Origin: a candidate division FCPU426 bacterium
Lineage (GTDB): Bacteria; Oederibacteriota; Muellerivitia; Muellerivitales; Muellerivitaceae
Length of the DNA: 64,000 bases
NCBI GenBank assembly: GCA_963796105.1
Contig: CAWCKJ010000004.1
Span: forward strand, 1,152,001 to 1,216,000
Direction: 5' to 3'
Shown: positions 1-10,723 of the stretch, piece by piece
Position numbering within the stretch: position 1 is the stretch's first letter
How the letters are laid out: each line of letters opens with the position of its first letter
Program-made: the position numbers and the translations under genes
The notes under the pieces: generated by a model
Databases searched by the model: none
Seen by the model: only the letters and a program-made list of their open reading frames with translations
What the model was told of the DNA's origin: nothing

Positions 1-2988
1 GTTTTCTGCGTGTCCCCCAACGGCAGCGAGTCCTCCCTTTGGGAATCGGGCGACGGCCCCTCGGTGGATTCCTCAGGCTACCTGTACTACCTCACCTCCA
101 ATGGCAGCTTCGACCAGACGGCACCGGTATCCAACTACGGGCAATGCTTCCTCAAACTGAACACGGCTTCCAACGCAGTCACCGCTACCGATTATTTCGC
201 CCCCATGAGCGAGTTGACCATGAGCAACGCCGACCAGGACGTGGGTTCGGCGGGACAATGCCTCCTTCCTTCCTCCTTCGGAACCACCGCGCATCCCAAC
301 CTGGTCATCGGGGCCGACAAGCCGGGCGATATTTACGTGGTGGACACGGCCAACATGGGAAAATTCAGCGCCACAGCCAATAACAATGTCCAGACGGTGC
401 CAGCCATCGGGGGCAGGGGTTACACCACCCCCGCGATCTACAGCAACGGCACCACGAATTACGTCTATTGGGGCATGACGGCGGAACCCCTCAAGGCTTT
501 CACTTTCGCCAACGGCCTTTTCGGGACCACGCCCGTCACCCAGACCGCCGTGACTTTCGGGAGCATGGGATGCGTACCGAGCGTTTCCTCCAACGGGAAC
601 TCCAACGGAATTGTTTGGGCGCTGGCCGCCGGGACCCCGGTGACGCTTTACGCCTACGACGCCTCGAATCTGGGAACGATGCTATACAACAGCGCCCAGG
701 CGGCGGGAAGCAGGGATTCCGCCGTGGGGGCGGTGGTTAAATTCACCCCGCCCAGCGTGGTCAACGGGAAGGTTTACGTTCCTACCGCCAGCAGCCTGGT
801 GGTCTACGGGCTCCTGACGACGGCCACCCCGACCGCCACGACAACCGGGACCCAATCCCCGACGTTGACACCGACCAGGTCGAGCACTCCGACGGCGACC
901 CTGACTTACTCACCCACTCGCACTTCCACGCCCACCATGACGAAAACACCCACAGGCACCCCCACGCCGACTTTCAGCTCCACATTCACCTCCACTTCAA
1001 CCCGCACGGCGACGGCCTCGCCCACGGTTACCCTCACCTCAACCCCGACGCCCTCGCCTACCCCAACAAACACATCCACGAATACCCCGTCTCCAACCCC
1101 CACTCCGACCCGCACACTAACTCCCACTCCGACGGATTCGGCTACTTCGACTCCTACGCCGTCCCTTACGTTCACCGCTTCACCTTCTTCAACCTTTACT
1201 GCAACGAGAACCTTCACGGCCACACAGACCTACAGCCCTTCGTTGACTTCCACACTCACCAGGACCACGACTTTCTCCTCCACTCCGACACCCACGTCCA
1301 CCGGCACCTCCACGCCGACTCCCACCTATACCCAGACGAGAACTTCCACAGCCACCTCGACGAATACCAGCATGCAAACTTTGACGCCGACAAATACCCA
1401 AACCTCCACTCTTACGAATACATCCACCCCGACTCAAACGAAGACTTCCACATTTACGCCGTCCCCCACAGCCACCGGAACGTCCACGCCCACCTTAACC
1501 AATACGCTGACGAGGACATTCACCCCGACCTTGACGTCGACGAGTTCTCAAACCGCCACTTTCACGAATACATCCACCCCGACTCAAACAAAGACTTCCA
1601 CGTTTACGCTTACACCTTCAGCCACGAATACACTCACGCCGACCATGACCGCTTCGGCTACCGCGACTCTTACGTCATCGCCTACTCTTACCGCGTCGCC
1701 TTCCCCAACCCCGACAAGGACGCCGACTTTCAGCCCCACCGGTACGCCATCACCTACGAATACGCCTACGACTACTCCGACTAGGACCCTCACACCAACG
1801 CCTACCTCCACGCAGACACCTATGGACACAAGTTCATCCACTTCCACTTTCACAATCACTCCAACAAGAACATCTACGTCTACGATGACTCAAACGCCTT
1901 CCAACACCTATACCGTAACATCCACCCCAACCAGGACTTCCACACCCACCTTAACCCTCACCCAAACCAGGACGCCCACATTCACTTATTCGTCCACTCC
2001 AACCTCCTCCAACACCCTAACCCCGACCTCCAGCCCCACCGGCACGCTTACTCCCACCAACACGCCAACGGTTACCCCGACTTGGACGCCCTCATCCACC
2101 CTAACCGATACGCCTACAGCCGCATTCACGCCAACTTTGACTTCAACTCCCACTTCTTCCTTCACCGCCACAAACACCCCCACTTCGACGGATTCGGTGA
2201 CGCCTACCGCGACTGCGAGTTCGACAAGCACATCCTCACCCTCACAGACCCCAACAGCTACGTTAACCTCGACTGGGACGCCGTCACTCACCTCTTCGCC
2301 AACTCACTCCGATACGCCAACCGCCTCACCCAGTCCGACGTCAACCTCCACTAGGACCCCGACTTCAACGGCTTCCGCGACTTTCACTTCAACGAGCACA
2401 CCCACCTTGACCCTCACCCTAACGAGTACCGCTACCCCGACCTTTTCGTACACCCTGACACCTACCATCACCCTTACCCCCTCTTTCAGCCCAACCGGCA
2501 CGCTTTCACCCACGAAAACCCCCACCATTACCTCAACTCGGACAATGACTTCCACGCCGACGGACTCGACTACAGCGACTCCTACGTCGTCGCCTACGCT
2601 CACCGCTTCGCCTTCGCCGACCCCAACACCAACCCTCACCTTGACTGTGACCCCATCCTCGACAAACACTCCAACGCTTAACCCCAGCGTCACTTCCACG
2701 CCGGTGGCCCAGGCGACTCCCATCCTTTATCCCAATCCCGTCAGCGGGGGAACTTCCACGACCCTGCGCCTGACCCTGAGGGTTTCTTCCAATGTCAGGG
2801 TTCAGATTTACACCTTGGCTTTCCGCAAGGTCTATGACCATACCTTCGCGGCCTTGTCCGCTGGGTCACAGAATCTGACAATCCCGCTGGCGGACAGTGA
2901 AGGGAACCCCTTGGCAAACGGCCTTTATTACGTGATTGTCACCGTCAACGGACAACGAACCGTCTTGAAATTGGTGGTCACCCGCTAA
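1..2988 (+). CDS. Large secreted surface protein (5'-truncated): PQQ-like beta-propeller region, ~630-aa Thr/Pro/Ser stalk, C-terminal sorting-like Ig domain
   Basis: Frame is open from base 1. N-part has propeller-like motifs (KFTPPSVVNGKVYV). Long TPT repeats follow. It ends ILYPNP...YTLAFRKV...LANGLYYV...LKLVVTR. Confidence 0.75.
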   Translation, partial: VFCVSPNGSESSLWESGDGPSVDSSGYLYYLTSNGSFDQTAPVSNYGQCFLKLNTASNAVTATDYFAPMSELTMSNADQDVGSAGQCLLPSSFGTTAHPNLVIGADKPGDIYVVDTANMGKFSATANNNVQTVPAIGGRGYTTPAIYSNGTTNYVYWGMTAEPLKAFTFANGLFGTTPVTQTAVTFGSMGCVPSVSSNGNSNGIVWALAAGTPVTLYAYDASNLGTMLYNSAQAAGSRDSAVGAVVKFTPPSVVNGKVYVPTASSLVVYGLLTTATPTATTTGTQSPTLTPTRSSTPTATLTYSPTRTSTPTMTKTPTGTPTPTFSSTFTSTSTRTATASPTVTLTSTPTPSPTPTNTSTNTPSPTPTPTRTLTPTPTDSATSTPTPSLTFTASPSSTFTATRTFTATQTYSPSLTSTLTRTTTFSSTPTPTSTGTSTPTPTYTQTRTSTATSTNTSMQTLTPTNTQTSTLTNTSTPTQTKTSTFTPSPTATGTSTPTLTNTLTRTFTPTLTSTSSQTATFTNTSTPTQTKTSTFTLTPSATNTLTPTMTASATATLTSSPTLTASPSPTPTRTPTFSPTGTPSPTNTPTTTPTRTLTPTPTSTQTPMDTSSSTSTFTITPTRTSTSTMTQTPSNTYTVTSTPTRTSTPTLTLTQTRTPTFTYSSTPTSSNTLTPTSSPTGTLTPTNTPTVTPTWTPSSTLTDTPTAAFTPTLTSTPTSSFTATNTPTSTDSVTPTATASSTSTSSPSQTPTATLTSTGTPSLTSSPTHSDTPTASPSPTSTSTRTPTSTASATFTSTSTPTLTLTLTSTATPTFSYTLTPTITLTPSFSPTGTLSPTKTPTITSTRTMTSTPTDSTTATPTSSPTLTASPSPTPTPTLTLTVTPSSTNTPTLNPSVTSTPVAQATPILYPNPVSGGTSTTLRLTLRVSSNVRVQIYTLAFRKVYDHTFAALSAGSQNLTIPLADSEGNPLANGLYYVIVTVNGQRTVLKLVVTR

Positions 2989-3106
2989 ATTGACCGGAAT
3001 TTCAGCAGGCAAACTTACATAACCTGCCATGCTTTCTAAGCTGAAACTCCGCAGGAAAATCCATCGTCCGGTTTTTAAGTCAACGATATGATTAAGGAGA
3101 AATAAT

Positions 3107-5392
3107 ATGAGCCGCCGGAAAAGTTTTTATAATCCGCTTCTTCTTTTTATGATTGGTTTCGTTTCCACCGGACAAATGAACGCGCAAACGACCTTGGCGG
3201 GAAAAATCGTGGATTCCTACCTTCAAATTCCCTTGAAAGGGGTGACGGTAAAAGCCGGTGATAAGAATGCTTTAACCGACGAGAAGGGCCGGTTCCAGGT
3301 GGATGTAGGGGATCAAACCTCAGAGATTCTTTTGTCGCGGGAGGGATACCAATCTATAAGCATCCCGGTCAAGGGTTGGAAGGGCGAAAAAACAATCACC
3401 TTGAAGCCTTCCAGCCTCACCCTTCCAGAAGTGGTGGTCCAGGCCTATGGGACGGATCAAAAACTTTTGGAAACATCCGGGGGTTTCTCCCTTCTCACTG
3501 AAAAGGACCTGGACCGGGGCGACCGCGTCAATCTGGCGCCGGTTTTAAACACCTTGGCCGGCGTCAGGGTGGACCAAGCTTACATGGACAATTCCCGCAT
3601 ATCCCTCCGGGGAGAGGGCTTGAGGTCCAACTACGGCATCCGCAATGTGGGCATCTACGTGGACGGCATTCCGCTGAATGAGGCGGACGGGTTCGCCCGT
3701 TTGGAGGGCTTGGATCCCGACATCCTGGGAGAGGCCCAGGTCGTCAAGGGGCCGGCCTCGAGCCTTTACGGGGCGGGGGTGGGTGGGGACGTCTTGTTCA
3801 ATACTCTGCGTCCCGCGGCCAATGACACCCTACTGGGAGTCTCTGGGCTCGCGGGTTCCTACGGGCTTTACCGGGCCGAGGGATCCGTCCAGGCGGACCT
3901 GGGAAACGGCGGCGTCCTCTTGAATTATGGAAACCAATGGTTCGGCGGTTATGTCAACCACAACAGCAACAATCACAGCTTCGCCACGGCTCTTGGCACC
4001 TTTTACCCCGGCGGCAAGGATACCCTGACGGTCCTGGCCAACCAATCCAATGAGCAGGCCCTGATCGCCTCCCCGGAAACCCTGGCTCAATTTACCGGCA
4101 GTCCCAGGGCGGGGGTCGCGGCGGACAATCTTTACAACCTCCACCATAACGAGCTATGGACCAGGTTCGGCGCTTCCAACCATTATGTTTTCAATGATCA
4201 ATGGGAAAACCAGACCACCCTGTACGCCTCCTCCTTCAATATGGACCGCGCATTCGCCGATACCGTGGCCTATGCCGCCTACTTGGAAAAAGTCATGCAA
4301 AACGCGGGAGGAAGGACCCAATGGACCTTCAAGACCGACTTTGGGCAAGTGGAAACCAGGTTCAGCGGCGGGGGCGAGTTGATGAATGAGTACGGCACTT
4401 ACGACTATTTTTTCAATAATCACGGCGTTCCCGGCGCTTTTGGGTACATCGTCCAGGGCACGCAACAGCACTACAACCTTTTCCTGGAGGGCGACGCGAA
4501 CCTGGAGAGGAAAACATTCCTCACGGCCGGGTTGAACTACAACAGCACGGGCTATACCCTGAACCTGCTGACTTCGCAAACCAATAACAGCGTGAATTTC
4601 AATCCCACGGCCTGCTTCCGGGTGGCGGCTTCCCATGTCTTCAACGAGGCGTTCTCGGTTTATGGCGACGTCAGCCAGGGATTCTCCCCCCCGGCGTTTG
4701 ACGAGATGAAAAACCCGTTCACCGGCACGCTTTTAACGAATTTACAGCCCGAATTGGCGACCCAGTATGAGATCGGAAGCCGGGGAAGCGTTTTGGATAA
4801 AAACCTGGCCTATGACTTGTCCTTGTACCTCCTGGACGCCAGCCAGGAGCTGGTCCAGCAGACGGTGAACTTCGTCTCCGAGTTCGTCAACGCGGGGGCG
4901 ACCAACCACAAGGGGGTGGAAGTCTCCCTCTCCTACTGCCTGGTGAACGACCCGGCCCCATTTTTAACCCTGGTGAAGCCTTGGGTGGCTTACAGCTACC
5001 AGCATTACCTCTTCACCCAGTACGCCTACAACGGGGTGAGCTACTCGGGGAACCAGATCACGGGAAACCCCGAGAACCAGTTGAACGCGGGCCTGGATGT
5101 GGAAACCCGGCCGGGATTTTACTTGAACGCGAACCTCCAATACGTCGACCGTTATCCCATCAACGACGCCAACAGCCTCTGGAACAACGCCTATGAGCTA
5201 TTGAGCGCGAAAGCGGGTTTCCGCCGGATGATCGGGAAATTCCTTAAAATTGACGCTTTTACCGGCGGGGAGAATCTGTTGAACCAGTCTTACGCGGCTT
5301 TTGTGGCCTTCAACGCGAACAACGGGGCCTACTTCGACCCCGGCGCGGGCCAAAGCTTCTATGGCGGGTTGAACCTGAGCCTGTTGTTTTAG
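3107..5392 (+). CDS. TonB-dependent outer membrane receptor with N-terminal carboxypeptidase-regulatory-like domain
   Basis: AGGAG RBS, signal peptide, TDEKGRF domain, LPEVVV TonB-box-like segment, plug motif VVKGPASSLYGAG, ENLLNQSY, terminal Phe. Confidence 0.9.
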   Translation: MSRRKSFYNPLLLFMIGFVSTGQMNAQTTLAGKIVDSYLQIPLKGVTVKAGDKNALTDEKGRFQVDVGDQTSEILLSREGYQSISIPVKGWKGEKTITLKPSSLTLPEVVVQAYGTDQKLLETSGGFSLLTEKDLDRGDRVNLAPVLNTLAGVRVDQAYMDNSRISLRGEGLRSNYGIRNVGIYVDGIPLNEADGFARLEGLDPDILGEAQVVKGPASSLYGAGVGGDVLFNTLRPAANDTLLGVSGLAGSYGLYRAEGSVQADLGNGGVLLNYGNQWFGGYVNHNSNNHSFATALGTFYPGGKDTLTVLANQSNEQALIASPETLAQFTGSPRAGVAADNLYNLHHNELWTRFGASNHYVFNDQWENQTTLYASSFNMDRAFADTVAYAAYLEKVMQNAGGRTQWTFKTDFGQVETRFSGGGELMNEYGTYDYFFNNHGVPGAFGYIVQGTQQHYNLFLEGDANLERKTFLTAGLNYNSTGYTLNLLTSQTNNSVNFNPTACFRVAASHVFNEAFSVYGDVSQGFSPPAFDEMKNPFTGTLLTNLQPELATQYEIGSRGSVLDKNLAYDLSLYLLDASQELVQQTVNFVSEFVNAGATNHKGVEVSLSYCLVNDPAPFLTLVKPWVAYSYQHYLFTQYAYNGVSYSGNQITGNPENQLNAGLDVETRPGFYLNANLQYVDRYPINDANSLWNNAYELLSAKAGFRRMIGKFLKIDAFTGGENLLNQSYAAFVAFNANNGAYFDPGAGQSFYGGLNLSLLF

Positions 5393-5473
5393 AAATGAGC
5401 CTGCGAAATAGAACCTTTGCCCCTGGCCATCACGGAGGAACTCCGGCTTCATAGTAGTATTCATCAACCGATT

Positions 5474-5510
5474 AAATAAAAAAGCCGGGCCTGTGGAGGC
5501 CCGGCTATTT
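5474..5510. terminator. Intrinsic terminator between convergent genes
   Basis: AGCCGGGCCT-GTGG-AGGCCCGGCT stem at 5483-5506 with an A-tract on the left (U-tract on the minus strand) and ATTT on the right. Confidence 0.75.
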
Positions 5511-5530
5511 GTTAATACTTTTTGAAAAAC

Positions 5531-6844
5531 TTAATTGGCTGCCGCTCCGGGATCGGACGGCGGATTGCTTGGGACTGTGGGAGCTTGGTTGTTGGCCCCG
5601 GACGATTGGGCGGCCTGGTCGGCGTCGAAGGAACCGGGGTTGTAGGCGTTCCCCATCGCGTCGAACATGTCGAAGGAGCCGTCGTTCAGTTTGAGGATGA
5701 TTTCCAGCGGCCGTCCGTTGATGGTGCTGGAAAAGGTCACGCTTTCGACCCCCGAGGCCAGGTAAACCGGCTGGAATGAAGGCGGGTCGGCCGTGTCGTA
5801 AAGGAAGGCGTCGTAGGTGTCGGTGGCGACCTTGACGGTCCTGGTGCCGTCGGGGCTGTTGTAAGCCTGGAAGTTCGAGTTGTCCGAGGCCGTCACGACC
5901 ACCTGGTCCTCCGCCGAGTTGCAGGGGATGTAGTTGTCGTTGTTGTAGCAGTAGAGGTCACCCACGTGGTAGGGGTCCTGCCACCACCAATTGCCATCGT
6001 TCCAGAAGCACCAGCGGTCATAGTCCGTGTCGTACCACCACCAGCGGCCGCCGAAGTCGCGGGTCCAGAAAAACTGGTCCCCCAGGTACCAGCCCCACCA
6101 GTGGTAACCATTGGGGTCGATGTAGTGGCAATAGTTGAAACCGTTGTCGGTGTGCCAGTAATGGTGCCCGGCTTGGGTTTCGGTGCGGTAGGAATCACCG
6201 ATACGGGAGCGCCACTCATCACTGCCCACCAGGGCCATGTGGTCCCGGACCGCCTCGTCGTTCAAGTGCCTGGCGGAGATGGCTGTGGCCGTGATGGGAT
6301 TGTGGTCCGGCCCTTTCTGGGGAAATCGGATGGTGGAATGCGCCCTGTCGGTGTGGATGATTTCGGAGCGGTCGGTGATGAGGCTGGGCTCGGTTCTCAC
6401 GCCCATTTTTTGGAGTTTCTTTCGCACGTAACCTTGGGTATAGGGGTGGTGGTGGACCGAAACCGCCGCGCGCTGGCCGGGAGAGGCGAAGACTTTCGCG
6501 TCAGGCCTCGGGTAAAGGCCAATGCCGATCTGGCCTTGCCGCGATTGGGGTTGTGCCCGGGCCTGGGGTTTGTTTTGGGAAGGGGTTCCCCAATAGATTT
6601 TTCCGTAGGAAGGCTGGGCGCTCACGGCCGGCTTGCTTTGTTGGGCAGGGAAGTTACGGTTATGCCCGCCGCTGGAGGGCCGGCTCATGTTGATGACCAC
6701 CGGCTGGCGGACAGTTTGGCGCGTAGCGGGGGACGTTTTCGTTCCGCCTCCCGAGCGGGCATTTTGCGCGCGAGGGTTTTCCTCCAACATGGCCAGGGCC
6801 GGTATTAAAAACAACGCTAAAACAAAAAATGTGGTTCGTTTCAT
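5531..6844 (-). CDS. Secreted hypothetical protein with a Trp/Tyr-rich domain
   Basis: Start MKRTTFFVLAL at 6844 with GGAG RBS and signal peptide. Low-complexity N-part, then HWWGWY...RWWWYD...NWWWQDP. Confidence 0.7.
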   Translation of the reverse strand: MKRTTFFVLALFLIPALAMLEENPRAQNARSGGGTKTSPATRQTVRQPVVINMSRPSSGGHNRNFPAQQSKPAVSAQPSYGKIYWGTPSQNKPQARAQPQSRQGQIGIGLYPRPDAKVFASPGQRAAVSVHHHPYTQGYVRKKLQKMGVRTEPSLITDRSEIIHTDRAHSTIRFPQKGPDHNPITATAISARHLNDEAVRDHMALVGSDEWRSRIGDSYRTETQAGHHYWHTDNGFNYCHYIDPNGYHWWGWYLGDQFFWTRDFGGRWWWYDTDYDRWCFWNDGNWWWQDPYHVGDLYCYNNDNYIPCNSAEDQVVVTASDNSNFQAYNSPDGTRTVKVATDTYDAFLYDTADPPSFQPVYLASGVESVTFSSTINGRPLEIILKLNDGSFDMFDAMGNAYNPGSFDADQAAQSSGANNQAPTVPSNPPSDPGAAAN

Positions 6845-7018
6845 AGATATTCTCCATGGTTTGATTTTGGAGCCCATCAGGGCCCCAACATGATACATCT
6901 TTTAGACGTGGAACTTAGCCGTTTGTATCTATCCCTCTTTCAATAAAAGAGGCGGGGCGGCAGGTTTTCCCCTGCCGCTGGCCTGGTTTCTAGGGGGTCA
7001 TGAGCCGGGATTCATAAT

Positions 7019-7591
7019 TTAAGCGCCGGCGTTCTCGGACTGGAACTCCTTGGCAGTGAGTACTGCCGCCTGCGAGGCGAAGACTTTTTCCGTCAGGACC
7101 CGGTGCACTTCCTCATCCCGGTCGAAACAGGCGTCCTTGATGACGGTGCATTGAAAATCCAGGTCTGCGGCCGCACGGAGCGTAGAGAGGACGATACCGC
7201 TGGTGGCGATCCCGAAAAGAACCAGATGCTCGATGCCCTGCGCGCGCAGGATCATCTGAAGGGAGTTTCCCGCGAAGGCGCTGACGCGGTGCTTGTAAAT
7301 CACCCTTTCGCCCGGCTTGAAGATCGAGGAATGGACCCGCGCGGAGTCTGATCCCTTGATGAAACTTCCGCGCTCCTTCATCATCGAAAAGCGCTTGTTG
7401 TTGGGGCTGATCTCGGGATACCCCGGATCAAAACCGATTCCCACATGTGCGGTGAAAAACCCGCCTTTCCTGGCTGTTTCCATCACGAGGGCGGCGCTGG
7501 GGAAGATAGCCTCCGCCCCAGGCACGAAGCCCAAAATGCCTTCCTGGACATCCAGGGAAAGAACCGCCGTTTTCTTGGGATCCAATTTCAT
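7019..7591 (-). CDS. Isochorismatase/cysteine hydrolase family protein
   Basis: TAVLSLDVQ, KHRVSAF, GIATSGIVLSTLRAAADLDF, IKDAC motifs. Confidence 0.9.
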   Translation of the reverse strand: MKLDPKKTAVLSLDVQEGILGFVPGAEAIFPSAALVMETARKGGFFTAHVGIGFDPGYPEISPNNKRFSMMKERGSFIKGSDSARVHSSIFKPGERVIYKHRVSAFAGNSLQMILRAQGIEHLVLFGIATSGIVLSTLRAAADLDFQCTVIKDACFDRDEEVHRVLTEKVFASQAAVLTAKEFQSENAGA

Positions 7592-7926
7592 TTCCGCTCC
7601 TTAGCCGAGTTGTTTAACATTTTCAGTTTATCATACCATTCCCGCCAAAATTTCCAGCCGTTGACCACTCGCGTCCCACCCGGATATGATCCCATAAATT
7701 GTAACCTCTGAAAAAGTCGGCTATCGCCTCCTTTTTCAGAAAACCATTTATGGAAACCCCGCAATTTCCTGTGGAAATCTTTGTCCTCCATCGCGTTAAA
7801 ACGCGATGGAATTCAGGACTATGCCGATCTCTTTTAGGCTTCAATAGAAATCGACATGGGGTCGAAACCTCTGTTGGTCGCTTTTAATAGTTTTTCAGAG
7901 GTTTAAAATTTTGATTAGGAACCTGA

Positions 7927-8709
7927 ATGTCATCCCTTCATCTGTCGTTGTCCTTGGCAGGCTTCTTTATCGGCTTTCTTACCAACTCCCTCGGCGGGGG
8001 AGGCGGGGGCCTCTTCGTGGGCATCCTGACGGCTTTTTTCAACATCCCCGGAGCCGTGGCTGCTTCCTCTTCCCTGGCCATGGTGCTACCGACGACTTTG
8101 GCGGGAAGCTGGAGCCATTGGCGCAACGGCAACGTGAGGCTGGTCCTGGGGATTCCCATGGCGGCGGGAGGGGCCTGCGGGGCCGTGGCGGGAAGCCTGT
8201 TAAGTTCCAGACTGCCGGCCTTCCTATATAAGCCGCTCTTCACGGCCCTTTTCATCTATATGGGATTCGGGATGATCCAGGAATATTTCAAAAAGGACAA
8301 GACATCGGCGGCCAACTCCCCCGTGAAGCCGTCCGACCGCTGGGTCGGGACCGCCTACGGTTTCTTCGGCGGGGTCCTTTCCGGCCTCCTGGGCATCTCG
8401 GGAACGCCCCCGGTCATCGTGGGTCTAATGATGCTGGGTTGTTCGGCCATCCAGACGATAGGAACTTCCGTGTTCGTATTGTCGGGAATTTCAGCGGCGG
8501 GGTTCCTGGCGCATCTTCACCAGGGCGACGTGAGATGGGGATTGGTCTGGCCCCTGGGAACTGGTTCCATCCTAGGGGGGTTAAGCGCCCCCTGGCTTCT
8601 CAGCAGGGTGAAGCGCGAAACCCTGGAGGCCGTTTACCGGCCCCTGATTCTTATACTCACGCTTTTGATGACTATTGCGATGATTTACCACATGGTTTCG
8701 GGCCGTTGA
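7927..8709 (+). CDS. TauE/SafE family sulfite exporter (TSUP)
   Basis: About 8 TM segments with duplicated LGGGGG / GLLGISG motifs and AIQTIGTS. Confidence 0.85.
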   Translation: MSSLHLSLSLAGFFIGFLTNSLGGGGGGLFVGILTAFFNIPGAVAASSSLAMVLPTTLAGSWSHWRNGNVRLVLGIPMAAGGACGAVAGSLLSSRLPAFLYKPLFTALFIYMGFGMIQEYFKKDKTSAANSPVKPSDRWVGTAYGFFGGVLSGLLGISGTPPVIVGLMMLGCSAIQTIGTSVFVLSGISAAGFLAHLHQGDVRWGLVWPLGTGSILGGLSAPWLLSRVKRETLEAVYRPLILILTLLMTIAMIYHMVSGR

Positions 8710-8752
8710 GAAGCGGGGCCTAAAGAAATTTATAAAACGGGACCCGCTGGGT

Positions 8753-9133
8753 CTAACGGATGGTGGACGGGATGTCCTCGGCGAAAGCCGCTCGCAAATT
8801 GGCCTCGGTCCCGCCTGTCGGGAAACCGGCTTCAGACCATTCCTGGGTTCCGCCGGGATAATCCTCCGCTTTGAAACCCTGGCCTTTCAATACCATGGCC
8901 GCGTTATGGCTTGCCAGGGCGTTCTCCCGGTTGGCGCAATACATAATAAAGAACTTTTCCTTGCCGTATTTTTTCTCCACAGCCATCGCGAAACTCCGCA
9001 CGTTCTGCCCGAACTCGAAACTATCCGATCCCTTGATATGGAGCTTTTTGAAATCATCATCCGGGAAAATATCCAATACGACCGTATTGACGTCCTTCAT
9101 TTTTTCCTGGACCGCTTCCTTTGACATAGCCAT
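8753..9133 (-). CDS. Rhodanese-like domain protein
   Basis: VVLDI...LHIKGS, IMYC, YPGGTQEWSEAGFP motifs. Start moved to MAMSK at 9133 (GAGGA upstream). Confidence 0.8.
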   Translation of the reverse strand: MAMSKEAVQEKMKDVNTVVLDIFPDDDFKKLHIKGSDSFEFGQNVRSFAMAVEKKYGKEKFFIMYCANRENALASHNAAMVLKGQGFKAEDYPGGTQEWSEAGFPTGGTEANLRAAFAEDIPSTIR

Positions 9134-9396
9134 TGCTTTCCTCTTTCCCCGACTCTTCATCCATTCTAGGCCTTTGCGGGGGAATAAGGAGGGTATCTGG
9201 CGTGGATATCCATGACAGGCGGCCAATTCCGGATATTTCTTTAGGCTGAAACCGCTCCGCTGGTATCCACGTGAAAAATCCAGGCGTTGGGACGGGAATT
9301 GAAATTCCAAGTTATAATCACGGGTGATTGAAGGCTTGCCCATAAGGTCTTAAATTTCCATAAACTCTTTAGAGCAGGCGAGGAACGAAGGCAAAC

Positions 9397-10551
9397 ATGG
9401 CCGTTAAAAAAGATTATTACGATTTATTGGGCGTCCCCCGAACCGCTAGCGCGGATGAGATCAAGACTGCTTTCAGGACCCTCGCGAAAAAATACCATCC
9501 GGACGCCAATCCCAACAACAAGCAAGCCGAGGAAAAGTTCAAGGAAATCAACGAGGCTTATGAGACCTTGTCCGATTCCCAAAAGAAAACGGCTTACGAC
9601 CAGTTTGGGCACGCCGGGCCGGGAGGTTTTCCCGGCGGTTATGGCGGCGGTTACCGCCCGCAAGATCCTGGAAACGCAGCTGATGCCGAGGATGTTTTCG
9701 GGGATGTTTTCAGTAATTTCTTTGGCGGGGGCGGGGGAGTCGGCGCGGGCCAATCCCGGAGCCGGGCCCAAGAGGGGGAGGACCTCCGTCATGATATGGG
9801 ACTGACCTTTGAGGAAGCTGCTTTTGGAACCACCCGCGCCATCAAAATCCGCAGGCTGGCGGTCTGCGATGTTTGCCATGGTTCCGGTGCGACGTCCGGC
9901 TCAGGGCGCGTGGTTTGCCCGGTTTGTAAAGGGGCCGGCCAGATCCGCCAATCCCAGGGATTTTTTACCACCGCCAGGACTTGCGACCGCTGCGGAGGCC
10001 AAGGGGAAACGCCGGGAACGCCCTGCCCGAACTGTCGGGGACAAGGACGGCTGGAAAAAGACCGGGAGGTCTCGGTGAAAGTCCCAGATGGGGTGGCGGA
10101 TGGCGCCCGCCTCAGGCTTCGCGGCGAGGGGGAAGCTGGCTTGAACGGCGGTCCGGCCGGGGACCTTTACGTCTATCTTCATGTCCAGAAGCATGAATTT
10201 TTCACCAGGGATGGGAGCGACCTTCATTGCGAGATCCCCATTACCTTCATCCAGGCCGCGTTAGGGGCCGAGATAGAAGTCCCCACGCTGGAGGGGCCGG
10301 TCAAGATGAGGATCCCGGAGGGGACCCAATCCGGAAAAATCTTCCGCTTTAGGGACAAGGGCGTGAGGAATCCCCAAGACCCCGGCTTGGGGAATTTGTA
10401 CATGAAGGTCTTGGTGGAGGTGCCGACGAACTTGAATGCCGAGCAGAAGAAACAGCTTGAGGCGTTCGGGGCCCTGACCCACGAGAGCAACATGCCGCTT
10501 ATTTCCGGGTTCATCAATAAAATGAAGAGATTCTTTTACCGCAGTCATTAA
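9397..10551 (+). CDS. dnaJ: Molecular chaperone DnaJ
   Basis: J domain with HPD, G/F region, four CxxCxGxG motifs, C-terminal GDLYV and IPEGTQSG. Confidence 0.95.
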   Translation: MAVKKDYYDLLGVPRTASADEIKTAFRTLAKKYHPDANPNNKQAEEKFKEINEAYETLSDSQKKTAYDQFGHAGPGGFPGGYGGGYRPQDPGNAADAEDVFGDVFSNFFGGGGGVGAGQSRSRAQEGEDLRHDMGLTFEEAAFGTTRAIKIRRLAVCDVCHGSGATSGSGRVVCPVCKGAGQIRQSQGFFTTARTCDRCGGQGETPGTPCPNCRGQGRLEKDREVSVKVPDGVADGARLRLRGEGEAGLNGGPAGDLYVYLHVQKHEFFTRDGSDLHCEIPITFIQAALGAEIEVPTLEGPVKMRIPEGTQSGKIFRFRDKGVRNPQDPGLGNLYMKVLVEVPTNLNAEQKKQLEAFGALTHESNMPLISGFINKMKRFFYRSH

Positions 10552-10723
10552 ACTTGACGGCCTGGGCTGGTTTGTCCTTTTCCTTTGGGTGATTAAGGTT
10601 CGTTGGCTGGTTACCGAAGTAAACCACTTTTTGTAAATCCTCCTTAATGTTATCCGCGGGCCTTGATTCCTTTTCCCGCACCTGTAACACTCTTACATTC
10701 TTCTGAAAATCATAAGACCTGGA

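Noticed and set aside
906..2723. Val/Gly-rich antisense ORFs (also opposite the other T/P-rich genes)
   Set aside because: These are shadow frames of ACN/CCN codon repeats.
9397..10551. Stand-alone dnaJ as a novel system
   Set aside because: Canonical domain structure; dnaJ copies unlinked to dnaK are common.
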